Virus record (IMG/VR): IMGVR_UViG_3300028298_000007 | Span: 752 to 64,751 of that record | DNA length: 64,000 nucleotides | DNA from: a virus | Lineage: Duplodnaviria > Caudoviricetes | Strand: one strand, 5' to 3' | Shown: positions 46,685 to 56,731 of the stretch, in pieces | How positions within the stretch are numbered: the first letter of the stretch is position 1 | Layout of the letters: every line of letters starts with the position of its first letter | Program-made: the position numbers and the translations under genes | Notes under the pieces: model-generated | Database searches by the model: none | What the model saw: the letters and a program-made list of their open reading frames with translations, nothing else | Told to the model about the DNA's origin: nothing

Positions 46685-48261
46685 ATTAAATTTCTCCTCT
46701 CAATTCTATTTTCGCCTATTACAGAGGCAACCGAAGCACCTCTATGAATAACAGGCTCAATAATCCTTACGTTTCCGTTACCTTCATCTATTTCCTGGCC
46801 AGGATCTACACCTACGATAATACCAGCAGCCTTAGTTTTAGGAAATAAATAATTTATTCCGTACTCAAGAGCATTAACCGCATGCGTATATTTATTATCA
46901 ACATGGTCTGTGCCGATTTTATTTAATGTAACATTTTTTATGCACTTAGCTAAATCCAAACATGTAGGTTCATTGGAGATATTAAATTGCGGCCGGCCAT
47001 GGATATATTTTTTAAGACAGGACTTTACGCACTTCATTTTTTCGTCATTGGATAGTTCACGGCTCTTTATATCTATTTGGCCATTAGATACACTCTTCCA
47101 ATCATCTATAACGCTTGTTTTAGTAATCCTGCTTCTTTTACCGCCTGATTTATCACCGATAAATGTTATTTCCTTAATTTCCCCGGTATAACCTACAGCA
47201 TCAAGACTTTTAATAAATTCCCGGTATAATTCAGGCGTAAGCATATTAAAGAATAATTTATAATAAATACAGAACAATCTTTCCTCAAAATCTTTCTGAG
47301 CGAATATCCAACCTTCTCCCTCTAGGCCAAAATCCATAAATGCGTATAATTTTGATTTAGGATTAAGATATACCTTATGGCCTAACAAATGTATTCCGTC
47401 ATCGTATTCAGGATAGGATCTGTTAGTCTTAGCCTTATCATAACCTACTAAAACTTCCTGCGCTATTTCAGATTCAGTCATAGCAGCAGTTTTTTTATCA
47501 AACCAGGCTTTATCGTGTTGCGGGTTATCTGTCCAGGTAAAATGCATTTTCTTAAAACCTGAATTTGGCAGATCCTTTATTTCAGCAAATTTATTATTAA
47601 AACTTTCAGTAGGCGGAGTAGAATTTATAAAAACAGTATTGGTAGCATTTCGTATTCCTTTCCACATTTCATCAAGACATTCTATAAAAGCAGCCTCATC
47701 AACAAAAATAAACTTATACTGTGTATCGCGGCCGGCTCTAGGGTTAGCTGATTCTCCTTTAATCACCGAATTCATAGATGGAACAGAGAATATAAGAAAC
47801 GGATTATGGATCGCCGGTTTTAAGAATGGCGGAAGCCTTTGGTACATAAATAATAACCGGCCATGCAAAGCATGAAAAGTATTACCAGAGTCCTGGACTT
47901 CCGATTCTTTTCTTGAAATATTAAGCGCTGTAAAACCTTTAGTATATAAAACCTGATGTAATTCCCATCCCATAGTTGTCCAAGAAATTCCGAGATCGTG
48001 AGGTTTATCTACAAATAAATCTTCATATTTATCTAACTGTTTAACTAATTCTATCTGCTTAGGAAAAAGAACAAATGGAATAATAGAAGGAGTTTTACGG
48101 GTATCCATTGTCCAAGCATAGTTATTAAACCAATAAATAATATCTTCAGCACAACGCCGGTATTCTTTTACTTGCCATTGCCTAGCTTCTGCCGGGTTGC
48201 GTTTGGCTATTTCTTTTTGCCAATCTATTCTTTCTAAATTATTATTAACTAGGATCTCCAC
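46681..48261 (-). CDS. terminase large subunit
   Basis: FVLFPKQ, KPHDLGIS Walker A-like, FVDEAAF, NSTP, MDFG and HAVNALEY motifs. Confidence 0.88.
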   Translation of the reverse strand: MEILVNNNLERIDWQKEIAKRNPAEARQWQVKEYRRCAEDIIYWFNNYAWTMDTRKTPSIIPFVLFPKQIELVKQLDKYEDLFVDKPHDLGISWTTMGWELHQVLYTKGFTALNISRKESEVQDSGNTFHALHGRLLFMYQRLPPFLKPAIHNPFLIFSVPSMNSVIKGESANPRAGRDTQYKFIFVDEAAFIECLDEMWKGIRNATNTVFINSTPPTESFNNKFAEIKDLPNSGFKKMHFTWTDNPQHDKAWFDKKTAAMTESEIAQEVLVGYDKAKTNRSYPEYDDGIHLLGHKVYLNPKSKLYAFMDFGLEGEGWIFAQKDFEERLFCIYYKLFFNMLTPELYREFIKSLDAVGYTGEIKEITFIGDKSGGKRSRITKTSVIDDWKSVSNGQIDIKSRELSNDEKMKCVKSCLKKYIHGRPQFNISNEPTCLDLAKCIKNVTLNKIGTDHVDNKYTHAVNALEYGINYLFPKTKAAGIIVGVDPGQEIDEGNGNVRIIEPVIHRGASVASVIGENRIERRNLI

Positions 48262-48832
48262 TTGCTATCTCCTCTGCAGTCATAAATTTTGTTTCTTTCT
48301 CTTTGTGCATTACTCCACCTAAAAGAAATACTTCGAGCCGCATCAACCTTTCCAGGTCCTTGATATTTGAACCATTTATTAAAGCGCCGATTATCTTTCC
48401 TTCGCCTTTACAGGCCGGGCATAATTGTTTAATTCCGTCATCCCCGACTTGTGTACCTGTACAATTACAGCATTTACAAGGTTTATTTTTTACTCTTTCT
48501 TCGACATTATCTATAGCCTCCCGGACAGTTTCAAGCATTTTGATCCTGCGTTCTTCAAGAAGAACATTGAATTTCTCGGAAATCTTATCTTGAAAAACAG
48601 TCAATCTATATTTAAGAGGTTTTATTCCTCTTTTTTCATCACCGCGTTCAAAATACTTCTTTGCGGTTTCAAAACATATATTGGCTTTCTTGGCTGCTTT
48701 TTTTAATGAAATATCTTCAGCCAAATAACTGAATAATTCATCTATCTTTGGTTGAGGTAAAGAATACCTATATCCGTGTCCTTCCTTGGGGAGTTTTGGC
48801 AATCTTAAATTTGCTAAAGATCGTTCATTCAT
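48245..48832 (-). CDS. terminase small subunit candidate with DnaJ-type zinc finger
   Basis: NERSLANL start, HTH, CKCCNCTG...CPACKGEG; directly upstream of TerL. Confidence 0.65.
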   Translation of the reverse strand: MNERSLANLRLPKLPKEGHGYRYSLPQPKIDELFSYLAEDISLKKAAKKANICFETAKKYFERGDEKRGIKPLKYRLTVFQDKISEKFNVLLEERRIKMLETVREAIDNVEERVKNKPCKCCNCTGTQVGDDGIKQLCPACKGEGKIIGALINGSNIKDLERLMRLEVFLLGGVMHKEKETKFMTAEEIASGDPS

Positions 48833-49137
48833 TAATGGGCCTCTTTCTTTCTGACCAGGAACTCAATAACGCCTGTCCTTTTATCTGCGCCATTATTAAA
48901 TGTAGCGTAAAAGAATAACGTAAATGTTCCTACAACTAAAGGCGTATATTTATAATATATCTGAGTGGTAGCTATTGTGGCCGCAGTTTCAGTTAAGACC
49001 GCTGTAGCCGTACCTACTTTCCAGATCTGTACCTTAGCAGATCCGCTATCAGGCGATTGAGGTACGCCATCAATCTCGAATGATCCACGAAAAGTTACAT
49101 TATCCGATACATAGTATTGGTGTTTAATATTCGGCAT
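48832..49137 (-). CDS. Ig-like (BppU-type) structural protein
   Basis: All-beta pattern YYVSD.VTF...YYKYTP..GTF. Confidence 0.5.
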   Translation of the reverse strand: MPNIKHQYYVSDNVTFRGSFEIDGVPQSPDSGSAKVQIWKVGTATAVLTETAATIATTQIYYKYTPLVVGTFTLFFYATFNNGADKRTGVIEFLVRKKEAH

Positions 49138-49148
49138 TAATGACCTCC

Positions 49149-50282
49149 TTAATGTTCTTTAAATTTATAATCATAAGTATTATCTTTAAATTTATAATCA
49201 TAAGTATTATCTTTAAATTCAACTTTATTTGGTAATGAAGAAGCCGAACTGGAACTTGAACTCGATGAACTAGAAAAACTTGAACTGCTAGAAGAACTCG
49301 AGCTACTTGAACTAGATGAACTGCTCGAAGAACTTGAACTGCTGGAGCTACTCGAAGAACTTGAACTGCTAGAACTACTCGAAGAACTTGAACTGCTGGA
49401 ACTCAATGAACTGCTCGAAGAACTTGAACTGCTGGAGCTGCTCGAAGAACTTGAACTGCTGGAACTGCTTGAAGAACTTGAACTGCTGGAACTGCTTGAA
49501 GAACTTGAACTGCTGGAACTCAATGAACTGCTTGAAGAACTTGAACTGCTGGAGCTGCTTGAAGAACTTGAACTGCTGGAACTGCTTGAAGAACTTGAAC
49601 TGCTGGAACTGCTTGAAGAACTTGAACTGCTGGAACTCAATGAACTGCTTGAAGAACTTGAACTGCTGGAGCTGCTCGAAGAACTTGAACTGCTGGAACT
49701 GCTTGAAGAACTTGAACTGCTGGAACTGCTTGAAGAACTTGAACTGCTGGAACTCAATGAACTGCTTGAAGAACTTGAACTGCTGGAGCTGCTCGAAGAA
49801 CTTGAACTGCTGGAACTGCTTGAAGAACTTGAACTGCTGGAACTCAATGAACTGCTTGAAGAACTTGAACTGCTGGAGCTGCTTGATGAACTTGAACTTC
49901 TGGAGCTGCTTGAAGAACTTGAACTGCTGGAGCTACTTGATGAACTTGAACTGCTGGAGCTGCTTGAAGAACTTGAACTGCTGGAGCTGCTTGATGAACT
50001 TGAACTGCTGGAACTCAATGAACTGCTAGAACTACTAGAAGACCTAGAGGAACTAGAACTACTAGAACTGAATGAACTGCTAGAACTACTAAAGGAACTA
50101 GAAGAACTAGAACTACTAGAACTGAATGAACTGCTAGAACTACTAGAGGAACTAGAAGAACTAGAACTACTAGAACTGAATGAACTACTAGAACTACTAG
50201 AGGATAACGAACTGCTAGAGGACGATGATGAACTAGCATCCGTCGTTGCATACATATTATCTATATAAAAAGTATTTGCCAT
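49149..50282 (-). CDS. poly-serine protein (about 330 of 377 residues in the Ser tract)
   Basis: Uninterrupted ORF using both TCN and AGY codons; unique N- and C-termini. Confidence 0.8.
   Translation of the reverse strand: MANTFYIDNMYATTDASSSSSSSSSLSSSSSSSSFSSSSSSSSSSSSSSSSSFSSSSSSSSSSFSSSSSSFSSSSSSSSRSSSSSSSSLSSSSSSSSSSSSSSSSSSSSSSSSSSSSSSSSSSSSSSRSSSSSSSSSSSSSSSSSLSSSSSSSSSSSSSSSSSSSSSSSSSSSSSLSSSSSSSSSSSSSSSSSSSSSSSSSSSSSSSSSSSSSSLSSSSSSSSSSSSSSSSSSSSSSSSSSSSSSSSSSSSSSLSSSSSSSSSSSSSSSSSSSSSSSSSSSSSSSSSSSSSSLSSSSSSSSSSSSSSSSSSSSSSSSSSSSSSSSSSSSSSSSSSFSSSSSSSSSSASSLPNKVEFKDNTYDYKFKDNTYDYKFKEH
49240..50235 (-). repeat. tandem repeat array encoding poly-Ser (27-nt units such as GAAGAACTTGAACTGCTGGAACTGCTT on +)
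   Basis: Direct reading of 49380-50030 shows near-identical units with periodic CAATGA (Leu) variants. Confidence 0.9.
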
Positions 50283-51208
50283 TATGCGTCCGCGTTAACG
50301 ATGGTTATAGTTAATTTATCTATTGCATCTTTATCTGCATTAGCAACTCCTGATATATCAAATTGGACATGAAGAAAATCCCCATCTGTATGTAGTATAT
50401 TAGGTGTAACTTCAATATTTACTCCGCCAGAATCATGCAGGCCTATTTTTATATTTTCACCTGTCCTAGACGCCCTAATATCAAATACCCATGTATTTTT
50501 ATTAGATAGATCTATTGGTGGACTAATAGTATATATTAATGTTTTTCCATTACTATCAGTTATCGCCGCAATCCCTTTTAATGAATGCGAACCTTGAGTT
50601 ATATAAGGAGTAGAACCAGCGTAGGATTGCAAACTAGCACTAACATATACCTTAAACCATAAATCCCAACCCCCAACGGCTGTCCACGAAGCTCCGCCAT
50701 CCGAACTATAACTAAGGTCGCCATCAGGATAATAATCTGCACCAGTCTTATCCCCTGTTAAATTCCAATAGTTATTTGTAGTTTGATTATCGCATAGCAC
50801 CACCAAATGATAAGTAGTTGCCCCATTTAGAGTAAAAGGCGTGGCAAAAGTCCCTTTTACGCTACTTCCATCCCCGGGCGGAGTAACGACTATGCTCGCA
50901 TTGGCATTAGCAAGTGTGCCAGAAGGCTTTCCAGCGTTGTTCGTTTCTATCCTTAATGTCCAGTTTCCTGCGGGAGTTCCTGTATGAGAAAGTTGCTTGA
51001 CCTCAATAGCGGTAATGGTAAGAGCAGAAGATAACTTAAAACCTTGCGACCTTCTATATTCTGTGTCGCTAATATCCCCTAACTGATGTGCGTCAGTGCC
51101 GGATGTATTTTGCTGGTCAACGGCTTCAGCAGCATCCGTTACATACCTCGCCTGCGTGTTAGGGTCGTTATCGCAAGCCTCCATATAGTCAATTTCGATT
51201 ACTGCCAT
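50282..51208 (-). CDS. beta-rich virion/adhesin-like protein with jelly-roll (CBM-like) C-terminal domain
   Basis: SQGFK...RIETNNAGKPSG...YHLV...SSDGGASW...DLWFKVY and PIDLS...FDI motifs. Confidence 0.65.
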   Translation of the reverse strand: MAVIEIDYMEACDNDPNTQARYVTDAAEAVDQQNTSGTDAHQLGDISDTEYRRSQGFKLSSALTITAIEVKQLSHTGTPAGNWTLRIETNNAGKPSGTLANANASIVVTPPGDGSSVKGTFATPFTLNGATTYHLVVLCDNQTTNNYWNLTGDKTGADYYPDGDLSYSSDGGASWTAVGGWDLWFKVYVSASLQSYAGSTPYITQGSHSLKGIAAITDSNGKTLIYTISPPIDLSNKNTWVFDIRASRTGENIKIGLHDSGGVNIEVTPNILHTDGDFLHVQFDISGVANADKDAIDKLTITIVNADA

Positions 51209-51472
51209 GATATCTCCTAATAAAATAGAAAACTTAATTTATAATGTTACTAACCACTTCTTTACTTCATTCTTGTATTCTCCGGGCATTATCGAGGCCC
51301 GCGATATTTTATTTCTTTTGGTAAATGATTCTTTCGCTAAATTATGACAATCTTTGTATAAAGTTTTGCCATTGTTTATTTCCCAAAAAGGTTGAATGGA
51401 AATATTTTTGAGAACAATAAATTTGTCTTTTCTTACCATTAAAATTTATCTTACAAGTTAAACATAATTTTA

Positions 51473-52306
51473 TCATTTTTTAAGTAACCATTCTGTTATT
51501 GAACCATCTTGATATTCTTTTATATTAATTCTTTTAATAGGTAATTTTGTAAAACATTCTGCTTTAAAATCTCGTTCTAATAAACAAATTCTTTCTGGCG
51601 GTAGTATGCTTAATGCCGCATGAAAATTTCCAGAAACACAACATATGAAATATGAACAATTTTGGATAATTCCTAAAAGTGTAGAAACTTTTGGAGGGAT
51701 ATCTCTAATATGCCTATCAATGAAATCATATCGTTCGTTAACAGGATTATGAAACACATGTTTCATTAAAGTTTCTATAGGTATATATCCCGCTTCTTTT
51801 GTTTCCTGCCATACTTTTTTTGCTACATCATAAGGAACATTAGCACTATCTGGTAAACAAGTAATCTGGAAATGAAATCCTACTAATCTATTTTTACCTT
51901 GCGTTAATTTCTTGTGGCCGTTTACTGGATCGATCCCGAGTTCATGTACGCAACAATATTCACCTTTAGTCAATTCAATCTGGCCTTCGGACATTGGAAA
52001 ATCTATATCCGCGATAATATCATACATGCTTTCCGGTAGGTCATTAAAAAAAGAACCGTCGATTAACCTTACGCATGTATCAGTTAAATCGGCGGTTACT
52101 TCTTGGAAACCCAAACCTTTTTGGACTGCCAGATCAAATATAACATCAGGAAACTGTTTTGTCAATGCCTCAAATGGATTTAAGAACATCACGAGATCTC
52201 CTAGGCCATGCCAAAATACAAGTAGCACGCGATTAGGTTTTAATTTTTCGATATATTGCGATAGTTTAGGTTTATCACATTCCCATAATCTTTGCAGTCT
52301 TAGCAT
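51473..52306 (-). CDS. GT9-like (heptosyltransferase-fold) glycosyltransferase
   Basis: HGLGDLVM and C-terminal FICCVSGNFHAA (DSG..H-type) motifs. Confidence 0.7.
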   Translation of the reverse strand: MLRLQRLWECDKPKLSQYIEKLKPNRVLLVFWHGLGDLVMFLNPFEALTKQFPDVIFDLAVQKGLGFQEVTADLTDTCVRLIDGSFFNDLPESMYDIIADIDFPMSEGQIELTKGEYCCVHELGIDPVNGHKKLTQGKNRLVGFHFQITCLPDSANVPYDVAKKVWQETKEAGYIPIETLMKHVFHNPVNERYDFIDRHIRDIPPKVSTLLGIIQNCSYFICCVSGNFHAALSILPPERICLLERDFKAECFTKLPIKRINIKEYQDGSITEWLLKK

Positions 52307-52539
52307 TTTTTCTCCTTTAGTTTTTTAATCTGGTTTTTTCCAGACTTAATTAAAAATTTAAAAGTCCTATCAACCTTTAAAGAATTGATGAAATCTACAT
52401 CCACAAACCCCCCGTAAGTAACTCCTTTATATACTATGGCAAATGCAATACAATCAACATCTGGCAATAGCATATTATTTTTACCGCTAGCTGTTTCTGT
52501 ATGGAAAGGATTAAGTAATGACGGTATTTTATTCTTCAT
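52300..52539 (-). CDS. hypothetical protein
   Basis: Fills the gap between GT genes with overlapping start and stop. Confidence 0.45.
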   Translation of the reverse strand: MKNKIPSLLNPFHTETASGKNNMLLPDVDCIAFAIVYKGVTYGGFVDVDFINSLKVDRTFKFLIKSGKNQIKKLKEKKC

Positions 52540-53515
52540 ATGGTAACTCCGGGTGTCTATAATTTTTATGTTCAATCTGAATTTTATAATCCAACATCTT
52601 CATAAAGTTCTCATAGAGCAAATTCATTGCGCCTTTGGCTTGATTATCCATGTGTGCCATGGTTAATTCGGATTTATCTGCCTTCAAATATGCAGCAGCG
52701 CAGTTGTGCCGATTATCTAATTGGCAGCCACGCCACTTTTTATGGTAGTATTGGCCATGATAACTGAAGATAGGAATACCGCATTCAGTTTTTATCAGAC
52801 CGCGATCCATAATGGCGCGGATATAAGGCTTTAATAACTGTTCATTAGTGGCAAGCCATTGAATACCCGGTAAAACCACTGTTTTATCAGCGCTGCCTGC
52901 CTCAAGCAAGCATATATTCATAGCATCCATATCCGGCGCTTTAAAGTTTGTACCTTTCATTTCATTAAATCCTTCAATGAATATATTAAATGACTTTGCT
53001 AATGCATCACCCCAAATATTAGCGTCAATAAAAAGAGGGCAATTACAGAGATCAACCGGGTTATAATATCCTTGAGGAATTATCCACTTGCCATTAAATT
53101 GATGATGAGGATCATCATAAACCTTATTCTGTTCTTTACCGGAACATACTACTAATCCGGTCTTTGCCGCAATCTCAAAATAATGAATAGGATCTCGGGT
53201 AAAAATCATATCCGCGTCTAATACACAAATTGCGTCATAATAAATACCTATAGCGCTAGCATACCAATATCTCTTACGGCAAACAACCTCACTCAAACCA
53301 TGCGCTGATTGAATTTCTTCTTCCATAATTTCTTTATAAAGAACCTTAAAACTTAATTTATCAAACTGGTCTAATACTTCTTGAGATATTTTATAACCAA
53401 AAAAATAAACATCCTGCTTATTACCTACATAATCAAGAGAGTTGAGTTCGGCAACAACTTCTGGTAAATATCTAATATCAGCGCATACTACAAATGCGTA
53501 TTTAGATTTTTCCAT
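52529..53515 (-). CDS. GT8-like (GT-A fold) glycosyltransferase
   Basis: CADIRY...LNSL, VLDADMIF (DxD), DMDAMN and HGQ motifs. Confidence 0.72.
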   Translation of the reverse strand: MEKSKYAFVVCADIRYLPEVVAELNSLDYVGNKQDVYFFGYKISQEVLDQFDKLSFKVLYKEIMEEEIQSAHGLSEVVCRKRYWYASAIGIYYDAICVLDADMIFTRDPIHYFEIAAKTGLVVCSGKEQNKVYDDPHHQFNGKWIIPQGYYNPVDLCNCPLFIDANIWGDALAKSFNIFIEGFNEMKGTNFKAPDMDAMNICLLEAGSADKTVVLPGIQWLATNEQLLKPYIRAIMDRGLIKTECGIPIFSYHGQYYHKKWRGCQLDNRHNCAAAYLKADKSELTMAHMDNQAKGAMNLLYENFMKMLDYKIQIEHKNYRHPELPYEE

Positions 53516-54675
53516 TATAAATCTCCTTTACATTTAAACATTAAATAATGGCTATTAGTTTCCCGTTCAGGATCGCCGCTCTCGCCTAAACATTCTATCT
53601 GGCTAAAACCGGCCTTCTCTAATAATTCTCTATGCGGACCTTCTTTACCTCCTAGGTTAGTTTCAAAATATAATATCTTGCATTTAGTCCTTAACATTTT
53701 TAAATATTCAAACCTATCTCCTTTTAAATGTCCTAATACAGCGCAGAAAAATATGATGTCAAAAGTATTATTCTTTAAACATATACCATCTTCAATATCA
53801 TTAGGTAAGCAATGAATATCTGATCCTTCAGCATAAGCTAAAGCAGCGACTAAATCTATTAATCTATGAGTATTATGATTTTGTTTTTCTATCGCTAATA
53901 CGTATTTGGCGCCGCGCCTAGCCGCTTCCCGAGCCAGCATACCGCAAGAACAGCCTAAATCGGCGACAATTAGTCCAGTAAAGTCTTCAGGAAAGAATTG
54001 TAGCCGTTTATTGCTTCTTGGCCCTTTACGTATCAATTTACCTTTGCAATAGATATCCTGGTAACTATCCCAGTTGAAATCTATCTCTCTTTGGATGATA
54101 TACTCTAAAGTAATGCCGCGTTCATTTAGATATCCTTGCATAAACGCATCTTTATATTTTTTATTCATTTTATAAGGAAGCAAAATATATCTTACGATTT
54201 CTTCTTCCGGAAAATCAGTATAATAAAGTTTAGAGAAATCACAAAGCATTACTCGGCCGTTATCTGCTTTTATAACATTACCATATTGTAAATCATGACT
54301 GGCAATGCTTAAACCTTTTGCATTTCTGATATTATGCATTTTGGCCATATAAATTCCCCATTTATAAAAATCATTGGCTATGGCCGCTTCTTCTTGAAGA
54401 ATAAAATCCGCGATTTCTTTGGCCGATTTATTTTGTATTTCTAATTCTACTTTTTTATTCAAGAAGTCCTGCTGAATATGCAAAAAATCCTTGCCTTCAA
54501 CCCACTCGCTTTCAATGGTAATGATTTCAGGTCCGGTTATGATATTCAATATCTTAGGAATTTCTAAGCCTTGATCCTGTAAAAACTGTCTTATGGATAT
54601 GGTATAGTCATTAATAAGAAGTTCTTTTATCTTCTTATTACCATCCCTATATGCTTTAAAACCGTAATGTTCCAT
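53515..54675 (-). CDS. kinase (APH-like) plus SAM-dependent methyltransferase fusion
   Basis: PKIL, EWVEG, HDLQYGNVI and CDFS kinase motifs; DLGCSCG methyltransferase motif. Confidence 0.8.
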   Translation of the reverse strand: MEHYGFKAYRDGNKKIKELLINDYTISIRQFLQDQGLEIPKILNIITGPEIITIESEWVEGKDFLHIQQDFLNKKVELEIQNKSAKEIADFILQEEAAIANDFYKWGIYMAKMHNIRNAKGLSIASHDLQYGNVIKADNGRVMLCDFSKLYYTDFPEEEIVRYILLPYKMNKKYKDAFMQGYLNERGITLEYIIQREIDFNWDSYQDIYCKGKLIRKGPRSNKRLQFFPEDFTGLIVADLGCSCGMLAREAARRGAKYVLAIEKQNHNTHRLIDLVAALAYAEGSDIHCLPNDIEDGICLKNNTFDIIFFCAVLGHLKGDRFEYLKMLRTKCKILYFETNLGGKEGPHRELLEKAGFSQIECLGESGDPERETNSHYLMFKCKGDL

Positions 54676-55218
54676 TTATTTTATGATATACCAGGTAAAA
54701 TCATCTCCGGTTATAATCCTATCGTCAAACCTTTCTTTAATAATTTCGGTAAGTGGGTGGCATTGTAAATAATCATGCCCACCAAATATCCCTCCCGGCT
54801 TGACTAACGGATAATATAATTCCAAATCTCTGGTGATCCCACTCTTGCTATGATCTCCGTCTATCCAGACAAAATCAAATCCTTCTTTAGTAAACCTATC
54901 AGAAACATCAGAACTTTTATGCTGAATAATTATTACTCTATTTTTATACTCAGGTACCATAAGTCGTTTTATAGCATGCGATTTATTATTATCATGATAT
55001 GATTGCGGTTGGCCGGCCTCATACGGCTCATCACCGGGAGGAACTTGATCTCCTTCGCGGTGTTCCCAAGGATCGATTGTATATAGGAAACAATTAGGGA
55101 GTGCCGATAATATCGCCACAGTTAAATCGGCGCATTTAGTGCCGATTTCAATCCCCGTAACCCTTACATCCTTAAAATGACGCTTGAATAAATCTTGGAC
55201 TACTGCTGATTGCATCAT
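54676..55218 (-). CDS. class I SAM methyltransferase (Methyltransf_24-like)
   Basis: IEIG, IDPW, DFVWIDGDH and KPGGIFGGHDY motifs. Confidence 0.85.
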   Translation of the reverse strand: MMQSAVVQDLFKRHFKDVRVTGIEIGTKCADLTVAILSALPNCFLYTIDPWEHREGDQVPPGDEPYEAGQPQSYHDNNKSHAIKRLMVPEYKNRVIIIQHKSSDVSDRFTKEGFDFVWIDGDHSKSGITRDLELYYPLVKPGGIFGGHDYLQCHPLTEIIKERFDDRIITGDDFTWYIIK

Positions 55219-55766
55219 AGTAAACCTCTGTTTTTATTTAGCCATTCAGCTAAATATACCTCATTTTCTATATGGACATGATTATCACTTAAACTCATAT
55301 TCAAAAATCCTTCACTATCGGCGTATTTATCGTAAACATCTATGAAAACAAACTCGGATTCACTTAATTTCTTATTCATATATTTGACATAATCCAACCG
55401 TTCGATATCCGATCCTAAGAATGGAAATCCAGCGTTTTCAGAAGCTAATGAGCGTCGCGGAGGCGGTACTACATTATAAATCAGGATATTCTTATTTACC
55501 GCAGCATTTAACCTTATCGTATCTAAATAATTCTTTACCAATATATCTATTGTGTTCTGCCAGGGCTGGTATTTATGAACATGGCACCTGCAATCAATCT
55601 CACCCCAACAAAAAACAATACCAGCATCGATTGGTATATCTTTAACCAATATCGGTTTAGATAACCCTAAACTATGCATTGTCATAGGCCCGCAGGTCCT
55701 AGTGATAACTCCGGGTATTTTAAGCCATGCATGCCAGCAATGACTGTCGCCTATGGTATATATCAT
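55215..55766 (-). CDS. SGNH-fold esterase/acyltransferase-like protein
   Basis: IGDSH, GEIDCR and DNHVH (DxxH) motifs. Confidence 0.7.
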   Translation of the reverse strand: MIYTIGDSHCWHAWLKIPGVITRTCGPMTMHSLGLSKPILVKDIPIDAGIVFCWGEIDCRCHVHKYQPWQNTIDILVKNYLDTIRLNAAVNKNILIYNVVPPPRRSLASENAGFPFLGSDIERLDYVKYMNKKLSESEFVFIDVYDKYADSEGFLNMSLSDNHVHIENEVYLAEWLNKNRGLL

Positions 55767-56731
55767 TTTGGCCTTTTTATAAAACCTTTTTCATAAACAT
55801 CTGAACTAATTTCTGGTATCATATTATTGAATTTTTCCATAAAAGATTTAACTAAATTATAATTATATTCTATCTTATCAATAACATCTTTACTGTTTTT
55901 ATGTATATCAAGTTCTGAAGCGATCCGGCCTTCCTGCCACCAGCGACAATGCCAACCGTAAAGTTGCTGACCTATACTATTAAATATTGTATCTCCAGTG
56001 GGACCTATCCGCAATAAAGTTTCAGCCCAAATAGAATCGCATACCCATAGATACCTATCTAGACCTAAAATTCTATCCTTAGGAACATGTTTACAGATAG
56101 ACCTATTATGACAGATCATCGGATGCGTGGCTTCTCCTTTAAACGGGTCTTCTGTCTGGAAATTGACTAAATCAAAAAAAACTTCCGAATATTGATATCC
56201 AGAAAAGTTTATAGAATCAAAAGCGGCGCACATCGACCTATCCCAAATTCCTTTATCATTACCGAAAGGCATATCTTGAACCTTAGCAAAGCTGAATGGA
56301 AATTCACCGGAAATAAATATACCGGATTCGGATATCTTAAAATAAATATCTAAATTCGCAAAAACAAACTGATCTGCCTGCAGCAAACAAACAGATTTAT
56401 ACTTACCTTCTTTTAATAATTTTCGCGCCAATAAAGAAACAGGAAACCATGGATCAAGCATAGGATATGCTTGATTACTTCTTTTATCTACAAAACTATT
56501 TTTATATTCAGATATTAACGTATCTAATCTATACCAATTTACATTGAATGGAAATGCTTCTGTGATTCTTTCTCTATGTCTAGGATCCCATAGATCATCA
56601 TGGACTATCTCCCAATCGGCATTAGTTTTGAAATAATTCTGTGCGTTCATAGTTGAAATTAATCCAAAACTATAAGCGTTAGAAGAACCAACTATAAATG
56701 CGTAATCGCTTTTAGGTTTCATTCTTTCCAA
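55763..56731 (-). CDS. second GT8-like glycosyltransferase (paralog of 52529..53515)
   Basis: Shared KS.YAF.V start; CLLQADQF at the DxD position; similar C-terminus. Confidence 0.6.
   Translation of the reverse strand: MERMKPKSDYAFIVGSSNAYSFGLISTMNAQNYFKTNADWEIVHDDLWDPRHRERITEAFPFNVNWYRLDTLISEYKNSFVDKRSNQAYPMLDPWFPVSLLARKLLKEGKYKSVCLLQADQFVFANLDIYFKISESGIFISGEFPFSFAKVQDMPFGNDKGIWDRSMCAAFDSINFSGYQYSEVFFDLVNFQTEDPFKGEATHPMICHNRSICKHVPKDRILGLDRYLWVCDSIWAETLLRIGPTGDTIFNSIGQQLYGWHCRWWQEGRIASELDIHKNSKDVIDKIEYNYNLVKSFMEKFNNMIPEISSDVYEKGFIKRPK

Noticed and set aside
49388-50029. + strand ORF with NCLKNLNCW repeats that looks like a Cys-rich repeat protein
   Set aside because: It is the antisense shadow of the poly-Ser repeat, has no RBS, opposes the operon direction and is confined to the repeat array.
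49380-50030. Regular 27-nt repeats considered as a CRISPR array
   Set aside because: There are no unique spacers and no cas genes; the units are in-frame coding repeats.
50015-50251. Alternative-frame Val/Leu-rich ORF (LVVLV repeats) resembling a membrane protein
   Set aside because: It is a shifted reading of Ser codons within the poly-Ser gene.
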